Shown: positions 31,083 through 41,776 of the stretch, piece after piece | Position numbering within the stretch: position 1 is the stretch's first letter | Layout: each line of letters begins with the position of its first letter | Origin: a virus | Strand: one strand, 5' to 3' | DNA length: 64,000 nt | IMG/VR virus record: IMGVR_UViG_3300021142_000004 | Notes under the pieces: model-generated | Databases searched by the model: none | What the model saw: only the letters and a program-made list of their open reading frames with translations | What the model was told of the DNA's origin: nothing | Translations under genes and position numbers: made by a program

Positions 31083-32987
31083 TTAATACATAGAAATTTT
31101 ACCGATTTGGGTTATTTTTACCCCTCTAAACTCTTTATGACCTGTAATAATACCATAGAATGAAATTTTTGAACCTACATTCACTTCCAATCCATCATCA
31201 TTTAAAAATCTCCTATCAATCTCACCAAATTTTGATAAGACATTTTTTCTAGTATCAACCATTTCATATACCTGGGTTTCACCAAATTTACCATTAACAA
31301 CTCTGATGGATGTAATTGTTGCATCAAAATTCATTTTTGCACCAATATTACCAAGATGTTTACTCTCAACCAATGGTTTAACATTCTGACTTTGTGATTC
31401 ATGTGTTTTCCAAGCATCAAAATCATTAATAAACCCTAACATTTTCTTTGCTCTTGTATATGCAACATAAATTAAATTTTGTTCCTGATCTCTCTGCCAT
31501 TGTGTCTTTGCATTCTTTGATGGCATCAATTCACGATGAATAATAAAAACCCTCTCCGCTTCTAACCCCTTGGACTTATGAATGTTACTTAAACATATCC
31601 CTACCTTCTTATTATCAGAAAATAATGTATTAATTTTTTCAATTACTTCCAAAGGATTTGTTATATTTCTTGATAATGCTTCAATCACATTGATTTTTTC
31701 GGTATATAACACAACATGATTATCTTCCAATGCATCTTCACGACTTATACCATGATTTGTTGCTATTTTTTCAATTAACTTATCTTTCTCATTATATAAC
31801 CTGGAAAAAACATTTTCCATTGTAAATTCTTCAGTGATTCTTTCACAATCCTTTATCATTGTAACCAATGATAATCCAATGTCTGAACCAATGATATATG
31901 CCTTCTTTCCATCACTTAATAAACGAATACATAATGAAACTATCGGGAATGTTTGACGACATAATACCATATCACCATCCTGTAAATCTTTATAAGAAAA
32001 ATCATCTTCAACAACCCCCTCATTGTTTTTCTTATGTGGTTTGATAAATGGATTAATACTTGTAACCATATTAACAATCTGTGAATGACAACGATATGTT
32101 ATTGACAATGGTAATTGTATTGTGTTTGGAATATCACATAATTTTTTAAATGATTCATGGTCAGCACCAGAAAATCCATAAATTGACTGTTTTTCGTCGC
32201 CAACGGAAATAAATCTTCCTCCATTTGGGTTAATTGCACGTAACATTAATTCTCTTTGTACTGTATTTAAATCTTGTACTTCATCAACAAAAACAAAATC
32301 AAATGTTTCATTTGGTAAATTAAATATAATTGGAAAATAAACCATATCAGTAAAATCAATTATATTTCTAATATATAAACCTAATTTAATTAAATACCAT
32401 GCAACTTCACATTCACCATCTTCATTATCAATTAAATGGTGTTCTGAAATTTCTTTTAATTTATCAAGACCTTTTGTTTTACTAATAACATCAACCAAAT
32501 TTAATCTCCCTAAATTACATAATGAAATTACATTTTCTGTAAACTTTTTAATATCAAGTTCATCATTTTTAACTGATGAACTCATACGTCTTATATAAGA
32601 AAAACAATCTTCATCAAACTTATAATCATTTATTGGATCTTTACTGTTCTTCTGATAATACTTAACAATATTATTAAATAATTTTTTATACTTGTTATTA
32701 TCAATAGTAAACTCCATTCCACCTGATAAAATAGAATGACCAAACCCATGAACGGTTTTAACAACAATATTACCAGTCTTTGGTACACGTTCCGCCAATT
32801 CATTGGCAATACTTTTATTGAATGCCATAAATAAGACACGTTTATCCAACGGAATTAATTTAAGTGCTTCAATTAATGTGGTTGTTTTACCACTACCAGC
32901 AACTGCTGAAATGATTGCATTTTTATTATCATTCTTAATAAAATTAAAAATGTCTTTCTGATTCTTACTCGGTGTAAACTTAGCCAT
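31083..32987 (-). CDS. UvrD/Rep-family SF1 helicase
   Basis: AVAGSGKTT, DEVQD, VGD.KQSIY.F.GA, H.SKGLE, YVA.TRA. Confidence 0.95.
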   Translation of the reverse strand: MAKFTPSKNQKDIFNFIKNDNKNAIISAVAGSGKTTTLIEALKLIPLDKRVLFMAFNKSIANELAERVPKTGNIVVKTVHGFGHSILSGGMEFTIDNNKYKKLFNNIVKYYQKNSKDPINDYKFDEDCFSYIRRMSSSVKNDELDIKKFTENVISLCNLGRLNLVDVISKTKGLDKLKEISEHHLIDNEDGECEVAWYLIKLGLYIRNIIDFTDMVYFPIIFNLPNETFDFVFVDEVQDLNTVQRELMLRAINPNGGRFISVGDEKQSIYGFSGADHESFKKLCDIPNTIQLPLSITYRCHSQIVNMVTSINPFIKPHKKNNEGVVEDDFSYKDLQDGDMVLCRQTFPIVSLCIRLLSDGKKAYIIGSDIGLSLVTMIKDCERITEEFTMENVFSRLYNEKDKLIEKIATNHGISREDALEDNHVVLYTEKINVIEALSRNITNPLEVIEKINTLFSDNKKVGICLSNIHKSKGLEAERVFIIHRELMPSKNAKTQWQRDQEQNLIYVAYTRAKKMLGFINDFDAWKTHESQSQNVKPLVESKHLGNIGAKMNFDATITSIRVVNGKFGETQVYEMVDTRKNVLSKFGEIDRRFLNDDGLEVNVGSKISFYGIITGHKEFRGVKITQIGKISMY

Positions 32988-33774
32988 TTTCTCCTAATCT
33001 TTTTAATATAATATTATAGAACTCTAGTTCTTTCTCAACCATAACGTAATTTCTATTCAGGTTCTTTGCCGCCAATCCGGTAGTTCCTGATCCTGCAACA
33101 TTATCCAATATCAAATCACCTTCATCAGTATATGTTTTTATCAAATACTCCATCAATGCGACAGGTTTTTGTGTTGGGTGGATAGTACCATCCAATTTTG
33201 TTTTTTGCTTGTCAGATGGGAAGATTTGGATACTTCTTGGGTATCTATCAGTTTCTCCACCACCACTCACATCTTTATCTGTCTTTCCATAAAGAGTAGT
33301 TTTATTTTGAACTTCTACCTTCTTTGTATATGAATTAACTGGTTTATGTCCAGTTGTTTTTTGTGGATTGTACTTTGGTAATTTCTTGTAAAATACTAGT
33401 ATCGACTCATGTGCAACCATTGGCATTCTTTTGGCATTAAGAAATCCAGTTGCCTGTGTTTTTTCCCAAATCCATTCATATCTTAATAATTTAAGATTTG
33501 AACAACCCAAAATTTTATCAAATGGGTTTTTAGCGAAAAGTAATATTACTCCATTATCTTTGATAACCCTTTCATATTCAATCCACAATTTCTCTAAATC
33601 TAATGGAATGTCCCATGATGCATTATTTAAACAACCATAAGGTAAATCTGCAATAATTGCATCAATACTTTTATCCTTAATAAAAGGAAAAACATCAAAA
33701 CAATTTCCATAAATACATGAATTAATTGGAACTTCTTCTAATTTTTTAATTTCATCCACATTAAACTTACCCAT
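32980..33774 (-). CDS. N6/N4 DNA methyltransferase
   Basis: DLPYG, HPTQKP, D..AGSGTT; likely start MGKFN at 33774. Confidence 0.93.
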   Translation of the reverse strand: MGKFNVDEIKKLEEVPINSCIYGNCFDVFPFIKDKSIDAIIADLPYGCLNNASWDIPLDLEKLWIEYERVIKDNGVILLFAKNPFDKILGCSNLKLLRYEWIWEKTQATGFLNAKRMPMVAHESILVFYKKLPKYNPQKTTGHKPVNSYTKKVEVQNKTTLYGKTDKDVSGGGETDRYPRSIQIFPSDKQKTKLDGTIHPTQKPVALMEYLIKTYTDEGDLILDNVAGSGTTGLAAKNLNRNYVMVEKELEFYNIILKRLGENG

Positions 33775-33775
33775 A

Positions 33776-33878
33776 TTAAAATTTATATTTTTCAACTGTT
33801 TTATTTTCATTTATTACTATAAATTCACATTTAAGAAATCTAATAATTTCATTTCTTCTATCAATATCTTTTTTTTTT
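33776..33878 (-). pseudogene. C-terminal relic of a Vsr/DUF559-type endonuclease
   Basis: Start-less frame KKDIDRRNEIIRFLKCEFIVINE...YKF*. Confidence 0.55.
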
Positions 33879-34085
33879 AATTATTAATATTGAATTACAA
33901 ATATTCAATAGAAATTTTTCAATTTCCCAAATTTATTTATGTAAATAATCTCTAAACCATTTTGAAAGATGTTTCTTTTTAAACTCAGTTAATTTATTAA
34001 CCATTTTCCACCATTTTAATTTAATTGATAAATTAATTAGAAATGTCATTAAATTAGTTAAATTAGAAAAAAACCTATACCTCAT

Positions 34086-35009
34086 TTATCCGTGATTGAA
34101 ATCTTTTATATATTTTAATACTGCAATGTCTTTAGATTTTGCTTCTATTTCAATATCGAATGTTTCTCCAAATGTTTGGATTTCTTCATATATGAAATCA
34201 GCATGTGCAGTTTTTACTACTTTGGTATCCTCATGATGTTTTGATGATGACATATGTGTTAATGGTTTAACTTTCCATGTTTTTAAAGCCAATTTGAGAG
34301 CTTCTTCAAGTGATTGATCTTGGAAACCAAAGTTAAAATGATGTTGGTCAAAAACAATAGGTATATTCGTATGTTTATAAACAAGATTATGTAACATCTT
34401 AACTGAGTATTGATTCGGTGAATCATCATTCTCTATGGTAAGTCTTGATTTACAAGAATCTGATAATAATTTAAAATTTTCCACAAATCTACTAGCAGCA
34501 ATTTCTCTTGTAGGTTTAGTGGTGTTGATGTGTATATTAATTGGATAATAGTGTGATTGGTCTAATCCCATTAAGTCCATCAATTCAGCATGTTGATTGA
34601 GTTCGTAGATAGTTTTTCTAACTACATTTTCGTTTTCACTTGCAAGTACGTTAAACGGACCTGGATGATAACTGGTTCTAATATCATTATTTTTAATTTT
34701 ATTACCAATTAATGTTAGATAAGATTTAATAACATTAAATTTTGGTAAGTCTTGAAATTTATATTCTGACATCCAAGGAAATGAATCAGATGATAAACGA
34801 TAAACGAATATCTTCTTTTTAATGTTATAATCAAGTAATTTTAATGTGTCTTTTAAGTTCTCAATAACTATCTCTGAAACATATTCAAGACCCTTTTCTT
34901 GGAAAGTTTTTTTAACCATACCTCGGTTAACTGTAATGTGATCTTTTTTCTTTAGATTTTCATTACATCCGATAGAAATACAACAATAACCAATTCTATT
35001 TTTATTCAT
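34086..35009 (-). CDS. uvsE: UV-damage endonuclease
   Basis: IGYCCI, YRLSS..FP, HPG.F.VL.S, IENDD, FD.HH, HAD, EAK.KD. Confidence 0.94.
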   Translation of the reverse strand: MNKNRIGYCCISIGCNENLKKKDHITVNRGMVKKTFQEKGLEYVSEIVIENLKDTLKLLDYNIKKKIFVYRLSSDSFPWMSEYKFQDLPKFNVIKSYLTLIGNKIKNNDIRTSYHPGPFNVLASENENVVRKTIYELNQHAELMDLMGLDQSHYYPINIHINTTKPTREIAASRFVENFKLLSDSCKSRLTIENDDSPNQYSVKMLHNLVYKHTNIPIVFDQHHFNFGFQDQSLEEALKLALKTWKVKPLTHMSSSKHHEDTKVVKTAHADFIYEEIQTFGETFDIEIEAKSKDIAVLKYIKDFNHG

Positions 35010-35493
35010 AATATAAATGTATTGTGCAAAAATAAAATGGATTTCTCAATCCACCAAATTTATTATGTTCTATAAATTAATTCATTATTTTTGTCAAAGA
35101 TTGATATACAAGTTCCCTGACCAAATGTCCAAGCAAATGTAAAATCATTATACTTCATCAACAAACTTGAAAAGTTCCTTGTTAAATCATCAACTGGCAT
35201 AACCTCATCCCCACCACGTTGTACAATATCTAATACACCATACATCAAATTCCAAGGATGTGGTTGATAACCATTATTATAACAAACATCTTCCCATCTT
35301 TGGTCATGTTTATCAATTAATTTTAATAAGAAAATTTCAAATGATTTTTCATCATTAAAGAATAAACGAGCACGTTTAATATCCCTTTCTTTTTTATCCT
35401 GAATATCTTTATAACGTTTTTTCATTCGTTCTATCACTTCTGGATCTTCCAATTTCTTTTTTAAATCATCTAACATCTTTCCCATAATATAAT

Positions 35494-35991
35494 TTAATGA
35501 AATATTAAAATACCCTCATTAGATACCATCCTAAAACCTTCAGTAAAATCATCATATACACTACAATAATAATCAACAGATCCACCACCTACTGATTTGA
35601 GGTACTGAACAAATTTTTCCCTATTCTCCACAAAATCATTATGTAGTTTCTTACATACTGCAGGACCCATACATCCTTCACAATCAGAAAAATTAATAAT
35701 TTCGTACATTGGTTTACCCTTGTATTCTTCACTTTTTTCCCAAACGGTTTCATCAGGTACACCTAAAATACTTTTAGATAAAGTATTTCTAAACAAATTA
35801 TATCCTGAATATGATCCAGCACGGAAATGATGACGTACACCTATACCATCATAATAACCTTCTTCAATATCTAATGAACGATCATATTCATCATTGGATA
35901 TTGTAACATGTGCAGAATAATCACCATTCTCAATTTTTTCAAGGTCGGTAATTTTTTGAATTTTTGTGTAAACTGAAATATCTAATCCCAT
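35494..35991 (-). CDS. conserved phage hypothetical protein
   Basis: MGLDI, FRAGSYSGYN.FR, INFSDCEG. Confidence 0.8.
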   Translation of the reverse strand: MGLDISVYTKIQKITDLEKIENGDYSAHVTISNDEYDRSLDIEEGYYDGIGVRHHFRAGSYSGYNLFRNTLSKSILGVPDETVWEKSEEYKGKPMYEIINFSDCEGCMGPAVCKKLHNDFVENREKFVQYLKSVGGGSVDYYCSVYDDFTEGFRMVSNEGILIFH

Positions 35992-36036
35992 AATTTATAA
36001 TTTATTTTTTTCTATTGCAAAAATAAGGTGGAATTT

Positions 36037-36909
36037 TCATTCCACCAAATTTAGTTTCATTAAAATTGTCTTTTTTACTATTTCATAATTTTTATGTATA
36101 TCATATTCCCAAAATCTAACAAATTCAATTGAATTTTCAATTAACATTAGATTTTTACGTCTATCTCGGTCATTATTTTTTAGTTGTATATCATTTAACA
36201 TATTTTTTTTATAAAATAAAGGATTCCCATGCCAATAATCACCATCACACTCAATAACAAAATTATAATCAAGTAAAAAAAAATCACATAAAAACCCATT
36301 TAATGGATAGTTTTTTTTATATTTAATTTTTAATTCATCTAATAAATTTTTTATTTTTAATTCAATTTTTGTTGGTTTTTTTGTTTGGATCATCGCGTCA
36401 TTCAATCTTTTTATTATTGTTTTTTTCTCATCTTCAGTTTTTATTTCCCATTCATTTTTCTTTGATATACTATTTTTAATTCCATAATTTTTTATTCTTT
36501 CATCCGTCAATTTCGTTAATCCATTGTTCCAAGATTTTTTACCATACATTGGGTTATTTTGACCTTGATGTGATGGTAAAATACCTGTTAAAAATAATTG
36601 TTTTCTAGTTTTTGATATTTTTTCACCGGCAATTTTTATTCTTTCTGAATTATTTTTAGTTAAACCATTATTTGGTGATTTTTTACCATACATTGGGTTA
36701 TTTTCTCCACTTAATAAACGTTGTTTTATTTTTTTTGTTTGTTCGTTAGTATGTTTTAATTTTAATCGTTTTATTTTTATCCAAATACTTTCACATGTTC
36801 TTTCATGTTTTTGCATAAATAAAGGACATATCTCTATTTTAGATAGTCCTTTATTTACATATAAATCAATTAAAAATTTTATTTCTTCTTCTGACCATAA
36901 ATTTCCCAT
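36037..36909 (-). mobile_element. homing endonuclease, NUMOD3 repeats plus Vsr/DUF559 nuclease
   Basis: G.NNPMYGK repeats, T.IE, DF, IECDGDYWH, RFWE. Confidence 0.9.
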
Positions 36910-36958
36910 ACATTCCTTTCATAATAAATATATCAAAACATTCAGAAAGGAACATTCA

Positions 36959-37693
36959 TTATGATTTATTTGTTGGTTCTAACCATAAATTCGTATTTTT
37001 AAAAATATAATCCCTTAATGTTGGTATTTCATTTAAACATAATATTGTTTTTAAACTATCACACCTAAAACATTTATATAATTCTTCTCGAATTCTTTCT
37101 TCAGAAATAACAAACATTTTTTCTTGGTAATTATAAACTTTCATCACATTAAAACATTCAGTATCAATTTTAAATCCTTTTGTGATTGAAAACCTTAAAA
37201 ATCTAATAATTCTAAGACAATCATCATCAAATGTTTTTACAGGATCTAATGGTGTTTTTAAAATACCATTTTTTAAATCTTTTATACCATCAAAATAATC
37301 AATTATGTTACCATTTTCATCTTTTGCTAATGCATTTAAAGTTGCATCTCGTCTTTCAAGGTCATCATATAATGTACCAGGTTCAACGATTGGTGTTCTT
37401 GTACCAGGTATATAACCAATCTCTTTTCTAGCCATAACCACGTCTGCAACACCTTCATATTTGTGGTCTTTTGGAAACTTTGCCCTGATAGTATAACAAT
37501 CATGAGTTATCAAAAAAATTTCAAACTTTTCATTTGTTAAATGTTCTATCAAAACATCAAACATTTCTTTTGCAGTTTTAAACTTGGATAACAAATCTTC
37601 ATTTGGAACTGCAACATAATCAACATCCTTAGATTTTAATCCAAGAAGTTCATCCCTCACTTTTCCACCAACCTCATACATTTTAAATAACAT
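36959..37693 (-). CDS. cca: tRNA nucleotidyltransferase (CCA-adding/polyA polymerase family)
   Basis: VGG.VRD.LLG..KDVD, RRD.T.NALA, DD.LRI.R..RF, S.ERI..EL. Confidence 0.9.
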   Translation of the reverse strand: MLFKMYEVGGKVRDELLGLKSKDVDYVAVPNEDLLSKFKTAKEMFDVLIEHLTNEKFEIFLITHDCYTIRAKFPKDHKYEGVADVVMARKEIGYIPGTRTPIVEPGTLYDDLERRDATLNALAKDENGNIIDYFDGIKDLKNGILKTPLDPVKTFDDDCLRIIRFLRFSITKGFKIDTECFNVMKVYNYQEKMFVISEERIREELYKCFRCDSLKTILCLNEIPTLRDYIFKNTNLWLEPTNKS

Positions 37694-38102
37694 ATTTTTA
37701 TTTTTAATCTTTAAATTCATCAATCAAATCAAAAAAGAATTTAGGTATTGATAATTTAATGTTTTCTTCTTTTTCAATTTCAACTAATCTGTTTATTTGA
37801 GTCTCAGATAACCAATTTAATTCTTTTTGTGAACATATACTACTAAGATAAGTTTTATTATGTTCATTGGACAATTCCTTACTAAACTTATAACAAGAAC
37901 CAAAAATGGCATGTAATCGTTCTATATTTGAATTTTTAACCTGTGTATCAAGATATAGATATATCTTACAGACATTCGGGTTCTTTAAATTGTTTTCCCG
38001 ATTATTCAATTCAACTTTACAAACTATTGGATAACTCAAATAATCAAAAATCTTTTTTCTGTCAATAATTTTTGTTATCCGTATCATACTTGTTATTTAT
38101 GG

Positions 38103-38140
38103 AGCAAAAATAAGGGGAATTTTTCAATTCCCCAAATTTA
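38103..38140 (-). promoter_or_regulatory. fused terminator/promoter (copy 3)
   Basis: 38-bp identity to 2698-2735. Confidence 0.85.
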
Positions 38141-38147
38141 TTTTTAA

Positions 38148-39026
38148 TTAAAGATATTGAGATAATCTTTCTCTTATCTCAGATAATGAAGTTTCTTTAA
38201 CCAAAACACCATCATCAAAAATTGTCTCTAATTCACCAGTACGTTCTTTCTCCCAAGAAACATTATCTTCAAGGTAATATTCACCATTTTCATTTTTACC
38301 GACATACAAAAGACCCTTTGCAGATTTCTTTGTACCATCATCAGTAATTGGGTCTTTGAATATTACCCTTCCGATTACTTGTGGAGTATCCATTGTTCCA
38401 ACTTCACCAATTGATTTACCAATGTTACTTGTTAATTCAACATAAGTTGCCTTAACTGCTCCACCTTGGTTATCTCTGGTTGCGTAACCCATTGAATATG
38501 AACCAACACCCAATACAATGTTTGTTGATGCAAATCCTTTTGCTTCCAATCTTTTACAGATTTCATTTGCACGTTCCAATGTAATTGAATCTCCATAGAT
38601 TGCTCCAATATGTGGATCTAATACCTTGTAGCCTTGTTCATTTACAGTACCACCAAATACATCCCAAAGTAATTCGATTACCCCTTTAGTATCAGGTTTA
38701 TTCGGATAATCAGAGGTTTTAAATCCACTATTTGAATTAAAACCCCCATCACAAGGAATTAAAATACCATCTTTTTCCTTATTGTAAGTTCCACAAATAA
38801 TATCCACCGGATTACCACTATCAGGTCTGATTACCAATTTACCATCTCTTGAAAGAATTAAGTCTTTAAATTCCGGAAGAAATACTGTTATCATTTTCCA
38901 TAAATCAAATTGATCTGACACTAAACTAACAATACCAGTTGGGTAAGTTTTGAGAATATGACTTATATATGGTCTCTCATTAATAACTTTTTTAACTACT
39001 TTTCTTTTTTCAATTACTTTTTTCAT
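38148..39026 (-). CDS. nicotinamide phosphoribosyltransferase-like, C-terminal half
   Basis: YPTGIVS.VSD, IRPDSG, IYGDSIT, GVGS, KDP.TD..KKSAKG. Confidence 0.93.
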   Translation of the reverse strand: MKKVIEKRKVVKKVINERPYISHILKTYPTGIVSLVSDQFDLWKMITVFLPEFKDLILSRDGKLVIRPDSGNPVDIICGTYNKEKDGILIPCDGGFNSNSGFKTSDYPNKPDTKGVIELLWDVFGGTVNEQGYKVLDPHIGAIYGDSITLERANEICKRLEAKGFASTNIVLGVGSYSMGYATRDNQGGAVKATYVELTSNIGKSIGEVGTMDTPQVIGRVIFKDPITDDGTKKSAKGLLYVGKNENGEYYLEDNVSWEKERTGELETIFDDGVLVKETSLSEIRERLSQYL

Positions 39027-39029
39027 TTT

Positions 39030-39125
39030 TTATTTTTTATTTTTTAGTAAACCTAAGTTCCAACCATCAAATAGATATTTATCTAATTCTTCTTTTTTAA
39101 TTCTTTTATTTACACCATCTTTATT
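39030..39125 (-). pseudogene. C-terminal relic of a homing endonuclease between the NAMPT halves
   Basis: Start-less frame NKDGVNKRIKKEELDKYLFDGWNLG..*. Confidence 0.6.
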
Positions 39126-39940
39126 AAAATTTCTGAGATTTTATTATTGTTGTCGTCATATGTAACTAAATATTCTTCTTCTATTTCCACTTCATTATAG
39201 TCTAAATGTGAACATGAAATAGAATGTTCTGTCGCCGGAACACTAAACCCAACGTTTTCAGAATTGTAATAATATTGCGATGCTTGTAATGCAGGGATTG
39301 TATCAGTACCAGAGAAACTGGTCAAGAAACCTAAACCTGAAGATATTGCACTTTCAGGATGTTGCATCCCTCTGAAACTAAAATCATGACCTTGGAAATT
39401 AACAAAACCAAGATTATTTTTATCGGTTTTCTTTGCCCAATCGGTTAATATTTTTTTATAACCAAATGCCAATGATGCGGAATGTACTGGTTTCCATATC
39501 AAACTTGAGATCAATGTTTCAAGGAAGTTTGGTAACCAGAAGAACTCAGGGTGTGTGTTATATATTGTCAATACTGGTATTTTTTCACCAACAATAGTAC
39601 CTTCTTTCAAAGTCTTAACACGAATAGGTAAATAACCCAAATCATGAAGTTTTTCAAAGTGTGTAACATCATAGCCACAACCCAAATAACTTGAAAGGTA
39701 TTTCTTAGCTTCACCGATAACCTGTTCTTTTGGTTTATCGAAGAAATTCTTTTTATAGATTTCGTCAATATACTTCATTGTATACTGAGCACCAAACACA
39801 ACTATTTGTTTTGCGTTTTCTGGCATGTATTTTACATTTCTTAATGTGAAATTAGAATAAACACAAGTCGTGTTCTCCGGGTACATTTTGTGATGAGAGG
39901 TTTTATAACCATCTGTTAATAACAAGGGATTTTTTTCCAT
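39110..39940 (-). CDS. nicotinamide phosphoribosyltransferase-like, N-terminal half
   Basis: TDGYK.SH..YP, LGYLPI, HDFS.RG, GTDT, VPATEHS. Confidence 0.93.
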   Translation of the reverse strand: MEKNPLLLTDGYKTSHHKMYPENTTCVYSNFTLRNVKYMPENAKQIVVFGAQYTMKYIDEIYKKNFFDKPKEQVIGEAKKYLSSYLGCGYDVTHFEKLHDLGYLPIRVKTLKEGTIVGEKIPVLTIYNTHPEFFWLPNFLETLISSLIWKPVHSASLAFGYKKILTDWAKKTDKNNLGFVNFQGHDFSFRGMQHPESAISSGLGFLTSFSGTDTIPALQASQYYYNSENVGFSVPATEHSISCSHLDYNEVEIEEEYLVTYDDNNNKISEILIKMV

Positions 39941-40453
39941 TTTTTTACTTTTATTTTTATTGTTATGCAAACATAAGGGATAATTTTTTATCCACCAACT
40001 TTTTTAGGAAAAACTTCATCAAATCTTTCATTAAAAGTTTTAGTGAAATCTTTTTTATTATTATTAAACCATATCTTAAATTTAAGATACCAATATAAGG
40101 TATATGGGTCAAAATAAGTTAATGATCCATTATGAATGTACTCCAAATCACCACCACTTAATTTAATTGATATACTATCATTCTCTTTAATAAAAATTAA
40201 AATATTACTATCATCATCATCATTAGATAATAATGAAGTATTTTTCTCTTTATGAGTAAAGGTATAAATATCATTTAAACCCTCAAGATTGGTTCTATAT
40301 TCAAAGATAAAATCTTTGTTAACCAACTTTTCATAAGTTGATTTATAGTATTTATAACGACCATAATTGGTTAATATTGTTGCTAAACAATACCCAAATA
40401 ATAAAAGAAAAAAGACTGCTGAAAAAATAGATAAAAATTCCATAATTTAAATT

Positions 40454-41485
40454 TTAATATGACATGAATGAAAAATGTTTTTGTTTTGCTGGTTCAACAC
40501 TATATTGAACATGTTTCACGTTATTGTCCTTATCTGTTTCTTCAATGATAAATGTATCATTAGATAAAACAGACAAAATTTCACCAAGATATACGTCATT
40601 TACATAGAATTCATCACCAATTGAATCCATTGTTATTTTTCTTGGTGAGATTGTTGCATCACCTCTATATAACTCAGTAAGATTATTTGGTTGTTTGGTG
40701 ATAAACACATTAAATTTATCATCCAACATTTTAATATTGAAGACATCTTTAAAGTTCAATGGATCTTCATTGTGAATATTAACTTCATCAATTACTGCAT
40801 TAACAATATCAACAGAAATAGTTTCCAATGTTGAAATGAAATCAACTGTACATTCTTTAAGGTCTTTGTGTACCAATCTATCTTCAACAATTTCTGTAAT
40901 AACAGATAATGTTAAATCTTTATATGTCTTTAAATATCTAATACGACCTGGACGTTGTAAAAGATTTTGATTGATGTATAAGTTATTTGTTGTAAATATA
41001 AACACCTTACGATAACCATTATCCAAAGCACCATCCATAATGGTTAAGATTTCTTCATCTTTATTTTCTCTTTGATTAAAAACTTTTTCAAATTCATCAA
41101 CAAATATAATAACATTTTGTTGAATATCATTAATAAAATTTGGTATATTATTATATCCCTTATGAATAATAATAACTGGTAATTCTAATAAATTACAAAT
41201 TTGTTTTGCGGTAACTGTTTTACCAGTACCTTTAACCCCATTCATAAGGATACCCAAGTTTGAACTGGTACTATCGTATGTTTTCTTAACACGATTAATA
41301 AAATTAGATTCAATACCATATACCTTAGATGGAAGTTTAAATGAATCGTCAATAAGTGTAACATATAATTCACCAGTTTTCTCATTTAGATTTAATTTAT
41401 AAACCCCCCTTTCTAATTTTTCCACGTTCTGTGAAACTTCTCTAATGTAGAAATCATTAGAGGTCTTAACCCATTGATTGTTCAT
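40454..41485 (-). CDS. AAA+ ATPase
   Basis: GVKGTGKT, FVDEFEK, RPGRIRY. Confidence 0.92.
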   Translation of the reverse strand: MNNQWVKTSNDFYIREVSQNVEKLERGVYKLNLNEKTGELYVTLIDDSFKLPSKVYGIESNFINRVKKTYDSTSSNLGILMNGVKGTGKTVTAKQICNLLELPVIIIHKGYNNIPNFINDIQQNVIIFVDEFEKVFNQRENKDEEILTIMDGALDNGYRKVFIFTTNNLYINQNLLQRPGRIRYLKTYKDLTLSVITEIVEDRLVHKDLKECTVDFISTLETISVDIVNAVIDEVNIHNEDPLNFKDVFNIKMLDDKFNVFITKQPNNLTELYRGDATISPRKITMDSIGDEFYVNDVYLGEILSVLSNDTFIIEETDKDNNVKHVQYSVEPAKQKHFSFMSY

Positions 41486-41525
41486 TTATTTTTTTTTAAT
41501 GTTATGCAAATATAAGTGATAAATT

Positions 41526-41774
41526 TTAATTACCCAAATCTTTTTTTCTTTTTAATTTAAAAGGTTTTCTTACTTCCTTACCATTAACCAAATTTTTTTC
41601 TTTTCGATAGAACTGTTCTTGTAATAATGTCATATACATACCTCTAAAATATTTTTTTTTCAATAGAAAATTTATAATATTAGACAAATGACTATCTGTA
41701 AGATCTTTAACAAGAATACGTTTACCTTCTTGAGTTGTCCAATAATTAGTTTCCCTTAATTCAGAATGTTTCAT
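41526..41774 (-). CDS. small phage protein with near-terminal RKPFKLKRK tag
   Basis: W.T.EG..I...D.TDSHL.N.I. Confidence 0.75.
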   Translation of the reverse strand: MKHSELRETNYWTTQEGKRILVKDLTDSHLSNIINFLLKKKYFRGMYMTLLQEQFYRKEKNLVNGKEVRKPFKLKRKKDLGN

Positions 41775-41776
41775 AA

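Noticed and set aside
2698-38140. CRISPR array from the 38-bp palindromic repeats
   Set aside because: Copies are kilobases apart, not tandem with spacers, and match promoter/terminator architecture.
38148-39940. Split intein or single frameshift in NAMPT
   Set aside because: No intein motifs. Fusing the halves would need both a frameshift and read-through of TAA at 39030-39032.
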